Assembly (NCBI GenBank): GCA_017164015.1
Contig: CP071065.1
Coordinates: forward strand, 5,562,091 to 5,594,090
Source of the DNA: Nostoc sp. UHCC 0702
GTDB taxonomy: Bacteria; Cyanobacteriota; Cyanobacteriia; Cyanobacteriales; Nostocaceae
Direction: 5' to 3'
DNA: 32,000 nt
Shown here piece after piece: positions 23,652-32,000 of this stretch (within the stretch, counting starts at the first letter, position 1; every line of letters starts with the position of its first letter). Under the pieces are notes generated by a model. That model saw only the letters and a program-made list of their open reading frames with translations, was not told the DNA's origin and did no database searches. Made by a program: the position numbers and the translations under genes.

Positions 23652-23796
23652 AGGACTTACGCAACTGGCACACTAAATAAAGGTTAAGGTTGTCAACAGT
23701 CCACAGTCAATGGTCAAAAATCAAGCTTTTTTGGACTATTGACTATTGACTATTGACAGCCTGAACAAAAAATTTATGACAATGCGCGTAAGTCCT
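23652..23796 (+). mobile_element. MITE copy B (TIR AGGACTTACGC)
   Basis: aggacttacgcaactggcacac ... atgacaatgcgcgtaagtcct. The termini are identical to copy C over at least 21 nt. Internal (GACTATT)n tract. Confidence 0.8.
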
Positions 23797-23810
23797 GATA
23801 TTGATGAAAT

Positions 23811-24458
23811 TCAGCTGTTAAGCTTTTCGATTTGCTGCTGGAAGTAGTCTCGCCAACCTGTGGGCAAAGCCTCAACTTGTACGACGCGGTGTAACAGTTC
23901 TAGATCATTTGTTTCGCGTGCATAAAGTCGGGTAATATCAGCAACAGTGACATTGTTTGAGTCTCGACTGATTAACGACAAAGTATCACCATTTCCTACT
24001 TTACCCTCTTGCAGCACTGAAAAGTAGAACCCCGTTAAGCGGCTATCTAAAAACTGTTTAACTATATCAGCACGTCCAAACTTGATTCCGAGTTTATAAC
24101 AAGGCATTCGAGGTTGAGTCACCATTACCTCTGCGCTACCGATCGAGAAGCGATCGCCAATATTAACCTGATCTTCTAACAGCCCAACGGTAGTGAAGTT
24201 CTCACCAAACATTCCCCAGGACAAATCCATGTCAGGTAACTTGCGCCGCCAATAGTCGTAATGCTCGAATGGATAAGCATAAACTGCTTTGTCTTTGCCT
24301 CCGTGGACGCTCAAATCAGCTTGTCTATCCCCATCTAAATTGAGCGATCGCATCATCACCCGTTCCTCAACTGGTTCTTTAAAAATCCCAGTTGTAACTG
24401 TTTTGCCTTTCCAAAGTACTTCACGGGGAAGTCCTACATTGACTGAAATAACTTGCAT
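23811..24458 (-). CDS. MOSC domain-containing protein (YiiM-like)
   Basis: 215-aa ORF. VGLPREV..KGKTVTTGIFKEPV, ADLSVHGGKDKAVYAY and GENFTTVGL...IGDRF.IGSA...VTQPRMPCYKL match the recalled YiiM/MOSC pattern, including the conserved Cys. Confidence 0.8.
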   Translation of the reverse strand: MQVISVNVGLPREVLWKGKTVTTGIFKEPVEERVMMRSLNLDGDRQADLSVHGGKDKAVYAYPFEHYDYWRRKLPDMDLSWGMFGENFTTVGLLEDQVNIGDRFSIGSAEVMVTQPRMPCYKLGIKFGRADIVKQFLDSRLTGFYFSVLQEGKVGNGDTLSLISRDSNNVTVADITRLYARETNDLELLHRVVQVEALPTGWRDYFQQQIEKLNS

Positions 24459-24552
24459 AATTTAATATCTCCTCTAATAAAATTGAGTACCGATATTAAG
24501 CCTGATAGATCACCCACTTGATATTACTTGATTCTCAGAGGAATTTATTAAC

Positions 24553-24696
24553 AGGACTTACGCAACTGGCACACATATTTTCTGCAATGGCAGTCAAGAG
24601 TCAAGAGTCAATGGTCAAAATCAAGCTTTTTTGGACTATTGACTTTTGACCCAGTACTGCCCAAACGAAAAAAATATGACAATGCGCGTAAGTCCT
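24553..24696 (+). mobile_element. MITE copy C (TIR AGGACTTACGC)
   Basis: aggacttacgcaactggcacac ... atgacaatgcgcgtaagtcct. Internal heptamer tracts (AGTCAAG x2, GACTATT). Confidence 0.8.
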
Positions 24697-25073
24697 AAAG
24701 CAATCATAAGGTTTATGTCGATTTTTAATTCTGTTACATAGCTAGGTTTATTTTCACCGACTTACTTAAATCTAAATTGAAAATTTTTAAATATTCTGGC
24801 AAAGTCCTACCATAAAATAGTACTTTTTCTGCTTTATTTATATTGGAAGTAGTATTTTATTTACTCATATATTCAGTTAATAACTATACAAGTATGATAA
24901 TACCATAAGTACATAAAAGACTGACTACTCAACTTTGGCTTCTTGCTCAATTCCTCTCCCTATCGCCCCTAATCCCCACTTCCTCCGGTCGTGGGGGCCC
25001 CGAGTTCCCCATCACCCTGAACATGCAAACTAGATATTTTACAGCTTACTCCTCACCTCTAGGATTTTTTGCA

Positions 25074-25104
25074 ATAAAAAAACCGTAGTTGGACTGCTAC
25101 GGTT
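25074..25104 (-). terminator. Rho-independent terminator (minus strand) with no upstream ORF
   Basis: The minus strand reads AACCGTAG-CAGTCCAA-CTACGGTT followed by TTTTTATTGC (7 consecutive T including the stem end). Confidence 0.55.
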
Positions 25105-25606
25105 GATTTGAGTGAAATACTGGACTCTAGCCTTTTATAAAAAATTAGCGTCTTACAACTTCAGCTCTTTACCTATCGGGAATCTCTTTGGAACTATAGT
25201 CTAGCTACTTACGATAGGTTCGTCATTACTTATTTTAGAGATTTAATTGGGTGAGTTATTCATCTAATGTATCCGTGAGATGTTATTTATTTAGTAAGCT
25301 GAAAAAAGCTGATACAGCGAATTTACCGTAATTGTACTGTAAAACTTAAAACTAACTATACTCAAATAAATAATTTTGGGGTTTTATAAGTTAAAATAAG
25401 CACTTTGCTAACAGAGAATAAATTCCGTGAATAGCGAAAAGAAAATTTTACTTACAGGCAAAAAACACTTCTTGAAAGCTACTCGTGTGGTTACTCCTAG
25501 CTTTTTTAATGGGGTAGATGTAGTTTGTTTTAAAATGTATAACTTTTGTTGCATGTAATAAATTGTAGCAATAGAAAATAGCGATCGCAGGCAGGTGCGA
25601 CACCCC

Positions 25607-25634
25607 AAAAGAAAACCCCGGTGATCAGTCGGGG
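25607..25634 (-). terminator. Candidate rho-independent terminator (minus strand)
   Basis: The minus strand reads CCCCG-ACTGATCAC-CGGGG followed by TTTTCTTTTGG. The stem is short (5 bp). Confidence 0.35.
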
Positions 25635-25888
25635 TCATATTTGCGACAAGTTTGCCATTTTGACACTGTATGAAATCCTCAAAACACAGCAATTATCAGG
25701 ATTCAGGCAAATCTTACCTTGTTTATAAGGAATATGCCGAAAACCCTTGAAGAACAGGCGCATAGCGCCGTCCAAGCGTACTTCAGGCAAGGGATGAAGG
25801 CTAGCTGAGTCCTGAAGGACTCTGTGAAGTTTTGTTTTGCCTTGATTGTTAGTTTATACCAAGATGGTTAGTATAAGTATGTAGTTGG

Positions 25889-26401
25889 TTGGTCGAACCG
25901 ATGATAATTTATGAGTTCAAAGTCAAAGGAAGAGATAGGCAGTATCGCGCAATAGATGATGCTATTCACACTAGTCAATTCATCCAGAATAAATCTTTAA
26001 GATATTGGATGGACAATAAGAATGTCACTAAGTATGATCTCAACAAATACTGTGCGGTACTGGCTGCGGAATTATGGTTAGAATATTTTGGTCATAAATA
26101 TGGGAAGGTAACGGTTGCTGTTCCTCCCCATAACACGAGTCAAAATTGTTCTAACTGTGGCGAGAAAGTGAAAAAATCTCTATCTACAAGAACTCATATT
26201 TGCCCTCATTGCAACTATGTAGCGGATAGGGATGTAAATGCTAGTATCAATATTCTCAAATTAGGATTAACTACCGTAGGGCATACGGGAAGCTACGCTT
26301 GGGGAGATTTGCCCTCTTGGGCAGTTGGCACAGTCCTGCTGTCTAACGGCGAGTCAGGGAACCAAGAATCCCCGTCTCGAAGAAGCGGGGAGTGTCAATG
26401 A
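25889..26401 (+). pseudogene. tnpB: Internally deleted TnpB (IS200/IS605-family, IS1341-type OrfB) relic
   Basis: The N-terminus MIIYEFKVKGRDRQYRAIDDAIHTSQFIQNKSLRYWMDNK..KYDLNKYCAVLAAE (ATG at 25901) is a typical TnpB N-terminus. It joins directly to the C-terminal LEYFGHKYGKVTVAVPPHNTSQNCSNCGEKV...HICPHCNY.ADRDVNASINIL (zinc finger + RuvC-III). The ORF is 170 aa versus about 400 aa expected, so the RuvC-I and RuvC-II segments are missing. Confidence 0.8.
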
Positions 26402-26405
26402 AACT
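26280..26405 (+). ncRNA. Candidate omega-RNA (TnpB guide RNA scaffold) / IS right end
   Basis: In IS605-family elements the omega RNA overlaps the 3' end of tnpB. This stretch ends with the hairpin CCCCGTCTCGAAGAAGCGGGG followed by AGTGTCAATGA, which resembles recalled cyanobacterial IS1341-type right ends. Boundaries are not determined. Confidence 0.3.
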
Positions 26406-26477
26406 ATTCTTTCTCTCTGACTACGTATATAGCTGTCTATCTTTTTAGGTGTGTGATCAATGATAGAAATTAAGCCT

Positions 26478-26655
26478 TATATCATGTCCGTTTAAACACT
26501 TATGATATCTGTGGAGGTCGGTAATTGGTAATAGGTAATTGGTAATTGGTAATTGGTAATTGGTAATTGGTTTTGAGTATTACCTATTACCCATTACCCA
26601 TTACCTATTACCAAGCAAACCGACTAGATCGTAAGTAATTAGCCGAACTTGATAT
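26478..26655. mobile_element. MITE-like element containing a palindromic heptamer array
   Basis: The left end TATATCATGTCCGTTTAAACACTTATGA resembles GATATCATGTCCGGTTAATTAGTTATGA of the element at 14294. The right end TAATTAGCCGAACTTGATAT is an imperfect inverted copy of the left end. Confidence 0.45.
26520..26612. repeat. Heptamer array (GGTAATT)n facing its complement (ATTACC[CT])n; can fold into a long hairpin
   Basis: ggtaattggtaataggtaattggtaattggtaattggtaattggtaattgg - tttgag - tattacctattacccattacccattacctattacc, read directly from the sequence. Confidence 0.85.
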
Positions 26656-26822
26656 TAGAGGCTTACTCTAGAAACCTAGTAGTGCCAGATCCGCGACTTC
26701 TTGAAGAAGTTGCGGATCTCAGCACCCTGACTGATCAAAATTAATGCGATGAACCACTAGCTAGACCAAAAGTAGTGAAGTCTATGTATTGCCGATCGCA
26801 ATTTCCCAACTAATGCCAACAC

Positions 26823-26851
26823 GAAAAAAGCCACAGATGTCAATCTGTGGC
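26823..26851 (-). terminator. Rho-independent terminator of the DUF892 gene
   Basis: The minus strand reads GCCACAGAT-TGAC-ATCTGTGGC followed by TTTTTTCG, about 40 nt downstream of the stop at 26892. Confidence 0.8.
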
Positions 26852-26891
26852 TGACTAATTAATTTGAACTAACATTTTATTCACAGACAGA

Positions 26892-27455
26892 TTAGCGAGA
26901 CTTCTTATTAGATGAACCTGTAGATGAACCTTGAGCCGACTGTACCTCTTGAAGTAGCTGTGGCTTCAGCTGCTCAAGTTTTTGAGCGGTCTGTTCTTCC
27001 TGTTGCAAGTTTTGCTGTAGCAGTTGCACAACCTGGTTCTGCCCCAACACCTCAGCATTCTTAATCAAATCACGATAGATAGCAATTTCTAACTGTTCGA
27101 CCTTTGCCTGTTCTCCTGCTAGTGCCAAATCTACAATTGTGGGACTATCGCTAGCCAGTAGTACTAATTTTTGACCGTCACTAATTAGACCAGCTGCCAC
27201 ATCAGAATTAACCCGTTGTGGTTGCTGCCCCAAGGCGCTAAAAACCTGCTCTAGATTCTTAATTTGCTGCTCGGTTTCTCGAATATGGGTTTCAATCAAG
27301 GACTTCAGCTGGTTATGTTGAGAATACTGCAACAGTAACTGCTGTCCTTCCAAAAAGCGAATTTCAGCATCGTAGATCGCCCCAATTTTGTAGAGGAACT
27401 TATCGTGCAAGTTAGTGATTTTTTTTGTACCTGGACGTTCGCTAAGTTGAACCAT
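26892..27455 (-). CDS. DUF892 (YciE/YciF-like) ferritin-like stress protein
   Basis: 187-aa ORF. LYKIGAIYDAEIRFLEGQQ...LKSLIETHIRETEQQIKNLEQVFSALG matches the recalled DUF892 pattern (L.d.Y.AE......L......L.....H..ET..Q..RLE.VF). Confidence 0.7.
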   Translation of the reverse strand: MVQLSERPGTKKITNLHDKFLYKIGAIYDAEIRFLEGQQLLLQYSQHNQLKSLIETHIRETEQQIKNLEQVFSALGQQPQRVNSDVAAGLISDGQKLVLLASDSPTIVDLALAGEQAKVEQLEIAIYRDLIKNAEVLGQNQVVQLLQQNLQQEEQTAQKLEQLKPQLLQEVQSAQGSSTGSSNKKSR

Positions 27456-27729
27456 TGTTATTCTCCTAAAGGTTTGACGCTTTACTCAAAAGTCACCCCT
27501 TTAACCTAAGTCCGTCATCCAGTCTTCTCTTCATACCAAAGGCACAGCTAACTGTTAATTCTGACTGTCAAATAAAATACACAACTTGGTGAGCAATTAT
27601 CAACTAGTGATTTTTTACACAAAATAATGCTGTTCGGGAATGCCACCAAACTCTTACGCCTTCACGATGACGGCCTGATGAGCGAATCAGGTAAAGTAAA
27701 GATAAGTAAAGAAGGTGCTTAGAACCAAA

Positions 27730-28410
27730 ATGGCTGCTCTACCCTTAGAAGAAATATCTACTCAGTTAGAAAGTCCAAATTTACGCGATCGCATGGTAGC
27801 TCTTGCCAGTTTGCGCGATGTATCCCCCGAAGATGCAGTACCTTTAATTAAAAAGGTATTGGATGATGAATCTCTGCAACTGCGCTCAATGGCAATATTT
27901 GCCTTGGGAATCAAGCCAACGGCAGAAAATTATCCAATTTTGGTGAAAATTCTGGAAAATGACCCAGACTATGGCATTCGCGCTGATGCTGCTGGTGCTT
28001 TAGGATACTTAGGTGATGTCAGAGCCTTCGAGGTGTTGGCACGGGCATTTTATGAAGATACTGATTGGCTAGTACGTTTTAGTGCAGCTGTCTCTTTAGG
28101 TAATCTGAAAGATCCACGCGCCCGTCAAATCCTGATTCAGGCTTTGGATAGCCAGGAAGTAGTATTGCAACAAGCTGCAATTTCCGCACTAGGAGAAATT
28201 GAAGACATTGAGTCTGTGGATAGTATCCTGCGCTTTGCCCAATCAGATGATTGGTTAGTTCGGCAACGTCTTGCAGAAGCTTTAGGTCATCTTCCCACTC
28301 CCAAAAGCGTATCAGCTTTAAAATACTTGGAAAAAGATGTCCATACTAACGTGCAACAAGCAGCGACAATTTCCCTTAAAAGGCTAGAGTCAACAGAAAA
28401 TCAAGCTTAG
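27730..28410 (+). CDS. HEAT-repeat protein (PBS-lyase HEAT-like repeats, CpcE/NblB-like)
   Basis: Repeated VR..AA.ALG motifs: [70 protein letters not shown]. The ATG at 27730 is preferred over the GTG at 27715 given in the track. Confidence 0.8.
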   Translation: MAALPLEEISTQLESPNLRDRMVALASLRDVSPEDAVPLIKKVLDDESLQLRSMAIFALGIKPTAENYPILVKILENDPDYGIRADAAGALGYLGDVRAFEVLARAFYEDTDWLVRFSAAVSLGNLKDPRARQILIQALDSQEVVLQQAAISALGEIEDIESVDSILRFAQSDDWLVRQRLAEALGHLPTPKSVSALKYLEKDVHTNVQQAATISLKRLESTENQA

Positions 28411-28487
28411 TATTAGTATCTCCTGCTATCTTTTTAATCAATAATTTAGTGGGATTTTTAGCATTTGAATGCAGGGTAATTTCATTC

Positions 28488-29045
28488 ATGAATATTGAAG
28501 AGTTTTTTGAGTTGAGTGCTGGTAAATGGTTTTCCCATCGTAGTACTCATCATTTGGCTTTTAATCAATCTGAAGATGGCAAATCAGATATCATCATTGA
28601 GACACTGGCAACAGATCATCCAGAGGTGATCAAACTATGTCAACTATACGAAATTGCTCCTAGTTCCGCTGCTTGTAGTGCCAGAGTGACGTGGAATCAG
28701 ACAAGAGAACGGGATAAACAAAAACACAGCGGATCTACTGTGATAGTTTCAGTACCCGATGTGGATAATCCTGATGAAGGCAAATTACTACGGGAAACAA
28801 GTAAGGAAGCCCCTGTAATTGGACGTTATAAAATCGGCAGTGATGGTGCCTTGACCCTAACTGTCAAGTCAGAAAGCATGTATTCTGAAGAACGCTTATG
28901 GTTTGCAAGCCCCAACTTGCGGATGCGTGCGCGTGTCCTCAAGCGTTTAGACGGCTTTAGTATGGCTGACTTCACTTCTGAGATTCGCATGGGTGGCATC
29001 CCATCAACTACAAAAGTGTCACAGACGGCTAATTCATCTAGTTAA
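28488..29045 (+). CDS. cpcS: Phycobiliprotein bilin lyase, CpcS/CpeS family
   Basis: [47 protein letters not shown] matches the recalled N-terminus of CpcS/CpeS-type (S/U) lyases. It lies next to a HEAT-repeat lyase-like gene. The ATG at 28488 is preferred over the GTG at 28449. Confidence 0.7.
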   Translation: MNIEEFFELSAGKWFSHRSTHHLAFNQSEDGKSDIIIETLATDHPEVIKLCQLYEIAPSSAACSARVTWNQTRERDKQKHSGSTVIVSVPDVDNPDEGKLLRETSKEAPVIGRYKIGSDGALTLTVKSESMYSEERLWFASPNLRMRARVLKRLDGFSMADFTSEIRMGGIPSTTKVSQTANSSS

Positions 29046-29173
29046 TCAAAGGGGAAGGGGAAGGGGAGTTTGGTAGCATTCTCCACTCGACACAAATCTT
29101 TTAATGAAAGGGGAAAGTAAGAGAGATTCTTTGTTATTTGTTAACTTCTCTCTTCCCCTTCCCCTTCGCTTGT

Positions 29174-30661
29174 TTAAATTTGTAACAAGTTGGCGATCGC
29201 TTGCGGTAATGGCAGCACAATCATCACTAATAAAGCCATTACTATCAACCCTAAAATATCACGTCCGTTATTCAGTTCAGTGATATCATTCAAAGCAGGT
29301 TCATCCTCTGACTTGATAAACAATAAAATAATTGCCCACACCAAAAATTCCGATTGGATTAAAGAAAGTAGTAGCAGCAACAAGCGTGCAATTTGCCCAA
29401 TGAGGATTGCATTTCTTTGTCCAAACATTGCATGGATAATGTGACCACCGTCTAGTTGTCCTACGGGCATCAAATTTAATGCTGTGACGATTAGTCCTAA
29501 AAAACCAGCTACTGCTATAGGATGCAAATCAATAGCTGATTTTGCAGTTAACTCACTGCCTAATGCTAACTTTGAGAGTAATGCTAGTAATATTGAATAT
29601 TTGGGATTGACAGCATCAGGGTTCAACAGTCCCGTTTTTTCAGTCAAAGTCACCACATTAGAATGAGCTAGACCCCATATTAATAAGGGTAATGTAGCTA
29701 CGAAACCAGCAATTGGCCCGGCAATGCTTACGTCAAATAAAGCTTTGCGGTTGGGAATGGGACTACGCATCTGAATAAATGCCCCAAAAGTTCCCAAGAA
29801 AAAAGGCATAGGAATAAAGTAAGGCAGCGTCGAGCGAATTTTGTAGAACCGAGCTGTCAAATAATGACCAAGTTCGTGAATGCCTAAAATAGTCATTAAC
29901 CCTAGAGCATAGGGCAGTCCTTGCCAAAAGACAGTTGGATCAGATTGTACTTGAGTCGGTTCAACACCAGCAATTCTGGCTCCCACCAAGGTAGTAGTTG
30001 CTAAAGTAGCTAATAGCAGTAATAATGCTAATCCTGGGCGCGTTAACTTTTCTGGTTTACGTGAAGAAGTTGCTTCTGTAGCCGCTTGAATGTTAGGAAC
30101 AAGTACAAAAAACGGTTTGCCATTGAGACCTTCTTGAAAAATCACCAAGAAGCGATCGCCAAATTCCGCTTCCACATTTGCCTTAATCTGTTGATAGGCA
30201 ATGGTAGGTGTAGTTCTCAACTGACCCCGGCAAATTACGGCTTGGGGTCTATACTCAATATTTTGAATGTAGTAAACTGACCAGGGAAAACAATTTCGCA
30301 GTTGGCTTTCTTCCCTTAGTTCGATGGGACGCACTGGTACTGGTTCTACGGTAGGATGGATAGTCGATTGTGATTCAATACCTTGGGGTTCAATTTGTGT
30401 ATCTTTTGGTGCCCGACGCCCCAATTGAAATAACGTCCAGTATAACAGAAAGCACAAAGTTGACGGCCAAATGATCAGTGATGGCGGGGGCGGTTGTTTT
30501 ACCCCATGTATGAGCGTCCACCCACTCAATACCAATGCTGGTGTCATCAAAACCAGCCACAACAACCAGACCGGTGTCCGAGTAATGTTAGCGACACTGC
30601 GCTGCACCATTAGATAAGTAGCTAGTCCCAGTAGTACGAGAAGAAACCAAAAAAATATCAT
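29174..30661 (-). CDS. Site-2 protease family (M50) membrane zinc metalloprotease
   Basis: 495-aa multi-pass membrane protein with HELGHYLTARFY (HExxH) and NLMPVGQLDGGH (NxxPxxxLDG) motifs. Confidence 0.85.
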   Translation of the reverse strand: MIFFWFLLVLLGLATYLMVQRSVANITRTPVWLLWLVLMTPALVLSGWTLIHGVKQPPPPSLIIWPSTLCFLLYWTLFQLGRRAPKDTQIEPQGIESQSTIHPTVEPVPVRPIELREESQLRNCFPWSVYYIQNIEYRPQAVICRGQLRTTPTIAYQQIKANVEAEFGDRFLVIFQEGLNGKPFFVLVPNIQAATEATSSRKPEKLTRPGLALLLLLATLATTTLVGARIAGVEPTQVQSDPTVFWQGLPYALGLMTILGIHELGHYLTARFYKIRSTLPYFIPMPFFLGTFGAFIQMRSPIPNRKALFDVSIAGPIAGFVATLPLLIWGLAHSNVVTLTEKTGLLNPDAVNPKYSILLALLSKLALGSELTAKSAIDLHPIAVAGFLGLIVTALNLMPVGQLDGGHIIHAMFGQRNAILIGQIARLLLLLLSLIQSEFLVWAIILLFIKSEDEPALNDITELNNGRDILGLIVMALLVMIVLPLPQAIANLLQI

Positions 30662-30848
30662 GATCTTCAGTGATTTTGCAAAAATGTCCTACCATGAGTG
30701 CCAGCACCACCGCTGAGACTACAAGGCAGACTCTAAACCCACTTTCCCCCAACGGTTAACAGCGCTTGTTAATTCTCAAGTATAAATTCTTAAGAAGTTC
30801 AACACTGTCACCAGATTTTTCCCAACTCCTCAGTTTCGGTTTTTTCTC

Positions 30849-31541
30849 ATGTGCCCCCTACCTCAACAGCCAAGTCAAACAGCGAAGCCACCACATGCTG
30901 TGCTTAACAGCATTTTTGCCTTTCCACCAAATCGGGACACATTAGGGGGAACATCTTACTTCATTGTAAGAAATGAAGGCAATATCCTCATAGATTGCCC
31001 TGCTTTAGTTCAAACAAATCAGGATTTTTTGCGATCGCATGGCGGCGTGCGTTGGTTATTTCTCACTCATCGCGGTGCTATTGGCAAAACAGCAGAATTT
31101 CAGCAAGCTATGGGCTGCGAAGTTCTGATTCAAGAACAAGAAGCTTATTTATTACCAGGATTAACCCTAACCACCTTTGCCCAAGAATTGACGCTCACCA
31201 CAGCACAATTAATTTGGACACCTGGTCATTCTCCCGGTTCATCTTGCCTGTACTACAGTGATTTGGGAGGTGTACTGTTTTCTGGACGACATTTACTTCC
31301 CAACCAGCAGGGCGAACCGATGCCATTACGCACAGCAAAAACCTTTCACTGGCCCAGGCAGATTAAAAGTCTCCAATCTTTGTTAGACCGCTTTACACCA
31401 GAAACTCTCCAGTATATTTGTCCGGGTGCGAATACAGGTTTTCTCAGGGGTAAAGGTGTAATAGATAATGCTTACCAGCGCCTCGCTTCTGTTGGATTTA
31501 CCAGCTTTGCTGCCAATACAGTCGATAATTTAAGGCACTGA
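30849..31541 (+). CDS. MBL-fold (metallo-beta-lactamase-like) protein with a degenerate metal-binding motif
   Basis: 230-aa ORF. NILIDCP...WLFLTHRGAIG...WTPGHSPGSSCLYY...VLFSGRHL has the spacing of MBL motifs 1-4, but HxHxDH is replaced by THRGAIG. Confidence 0.55.
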   Translation: MCPLPQQPSQTAKPPHAVLNSIFAFPPNRDTLGGTSYFIVRNEGNILIDCPALVQTNQDFLRSHGGVRWLFLTHRGAIGKTAEFQQAMGCEVLIQEQEAYLLPGLTLTTFAQELTLTTAQLIWTPGHSPGSSCLYYSDLGGVLFSGRHLLPNQQGEPMPLRTAKTFHWPRQIKSLQSLLDRFTPETLQYICPGANTGFLRGKGVIDNAYQRLASVGFTSFAANTVDNLRH

Positions 31542-32000
31542 CAAATCGCTCTTGAGCAAGGGAGCAGAGTCAGAAGGATTTGACATTCTGACTCTGGAAC
31601 CTACATTCCGCACCCTCAACTGTCACAATCGGTTTTTACTGTTGTTTAGACAAAAACAAAGCTATTAAATATACATAATAACAGTAAAATTGCTGTTCTA
31701 TGAAGATGACAAGGCATAATCCAATACGGTTTAGTTAAGCAGAAAAGTAGAAAAGTCAGGATTTTGTTGGGTTGCGCTTCGCTTCACTCAAGCTATATCA
31801 GTTTTAGTTTTTAGCCTTAACTGAACTGTATTGAAGCATAATCTGCCACTACAAAAATAAAAAAAACTTAGTAATTACACTGTTGGATTCACTTTTGGAT
31901 GCATCCATATAGTTAAAAGCATTATATAAAGCTTCTATGAACTTGATTCTTGCTAGAGTGAATATTTATTTTGCCTTAAATATAAAATTAGCTTATATAT

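Noticed and set aside
25048-25056. ACTCCTCAC, resembling the conserved Yfr1 sRNA core (ACUCCUCACAC)
   Set aside because: The match is partial. The two flanking stem-loops characteristic of Yfr1 are not present on the plus strand, and the adjacent strong terminator is on the opposite strand.
25408-25692. 94-aa minus-strand ORF in the gene-poor region
   Set aside because: Its composition is odd (Cys/Phe/Leu/Thr-rich) and I recognised no motif or start context. A candidate minus-strand terminator hairpin (25607-25634) lies inside it. It is more likely non-coding.
25734-25811. 25-codon ORF MPKTLEEQAHSAVQAYFRQGMKAS, faintly reminiscent of a transposase HTH N-terminus
   Set aside because: It is too short and the similarity is too weak to support a call. 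It may be a fragment of a decayed IS, but I cannot show that from sequence alone.
31741-31800. ttgttgggttgcgcttcgcttcactcaagc, reminiscent of a dispersed Nostoc repeat
   Set aside because: There is only one degenerate copy in the window, so I cannot substantiate it as a repeat family without the genome.
1-32000. tRNA, rRNA, tmRNA and RNase P genes
   Set aside because: I scanned by eye for T-loop (GGTTCGAATCC-like) and other signatures on both strands and found no convincing candidate.

Overview
This is a cyanobacterial, Nostocales-type chromosomal window. Evidence for that: many HIP1 GCGATCGC sites, STRR-like heptanucleotide tandem arrays, several MITE families and phycobilin-lyase genes. 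Left part (1-13.3 kb): the 3' end of a hybrid histidine kinase, then a three-gene, three-module NRPS cluster (C-A-T-TE; C-A-T; docking-C-A[MT]-T). Its gene order appears circularly permuted relative to the likely assembly order, and no loading module is visible. Middle (13.6-16.1 kb): two small secreted hypotheticals and a DUF45/YgjP-like HExxH protein. Centre (16.4-22.6 kb), the main finding: a GC-rich four-gene island bounded by a MITE and a heptamer array. It encodes a LodA/GoxA-like (cysteine tryptophylquinone oxidase-like) protein split into two ORFs. A radical SAM/SPASM enzyme gene sits between the halves. The second half is fused to a ferritin-like domain. A LodB/QhpG-like flavoprotein is transcribed divergently. 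To my knowledge this architecture has not been described. Right part (22.7-32 kb): DapB-family reductase, a MOSC (YiiM-like) protein bracketed by two MITE copies, a 1.2-kb ORF-free stretch with minus-strand terminators, an internally deleted TnpB relic, a DUF892 ferritin-like protein, a HEAT-repeat protein plus CpcS-family bilin lyase, an M50 site-2 protease and an MBL-fold protein with a degenerate metal motif. I found no rRNA, tRNA or CRISPR array. All family assignments come from motif recognition by eye and from memory, not from database searches.
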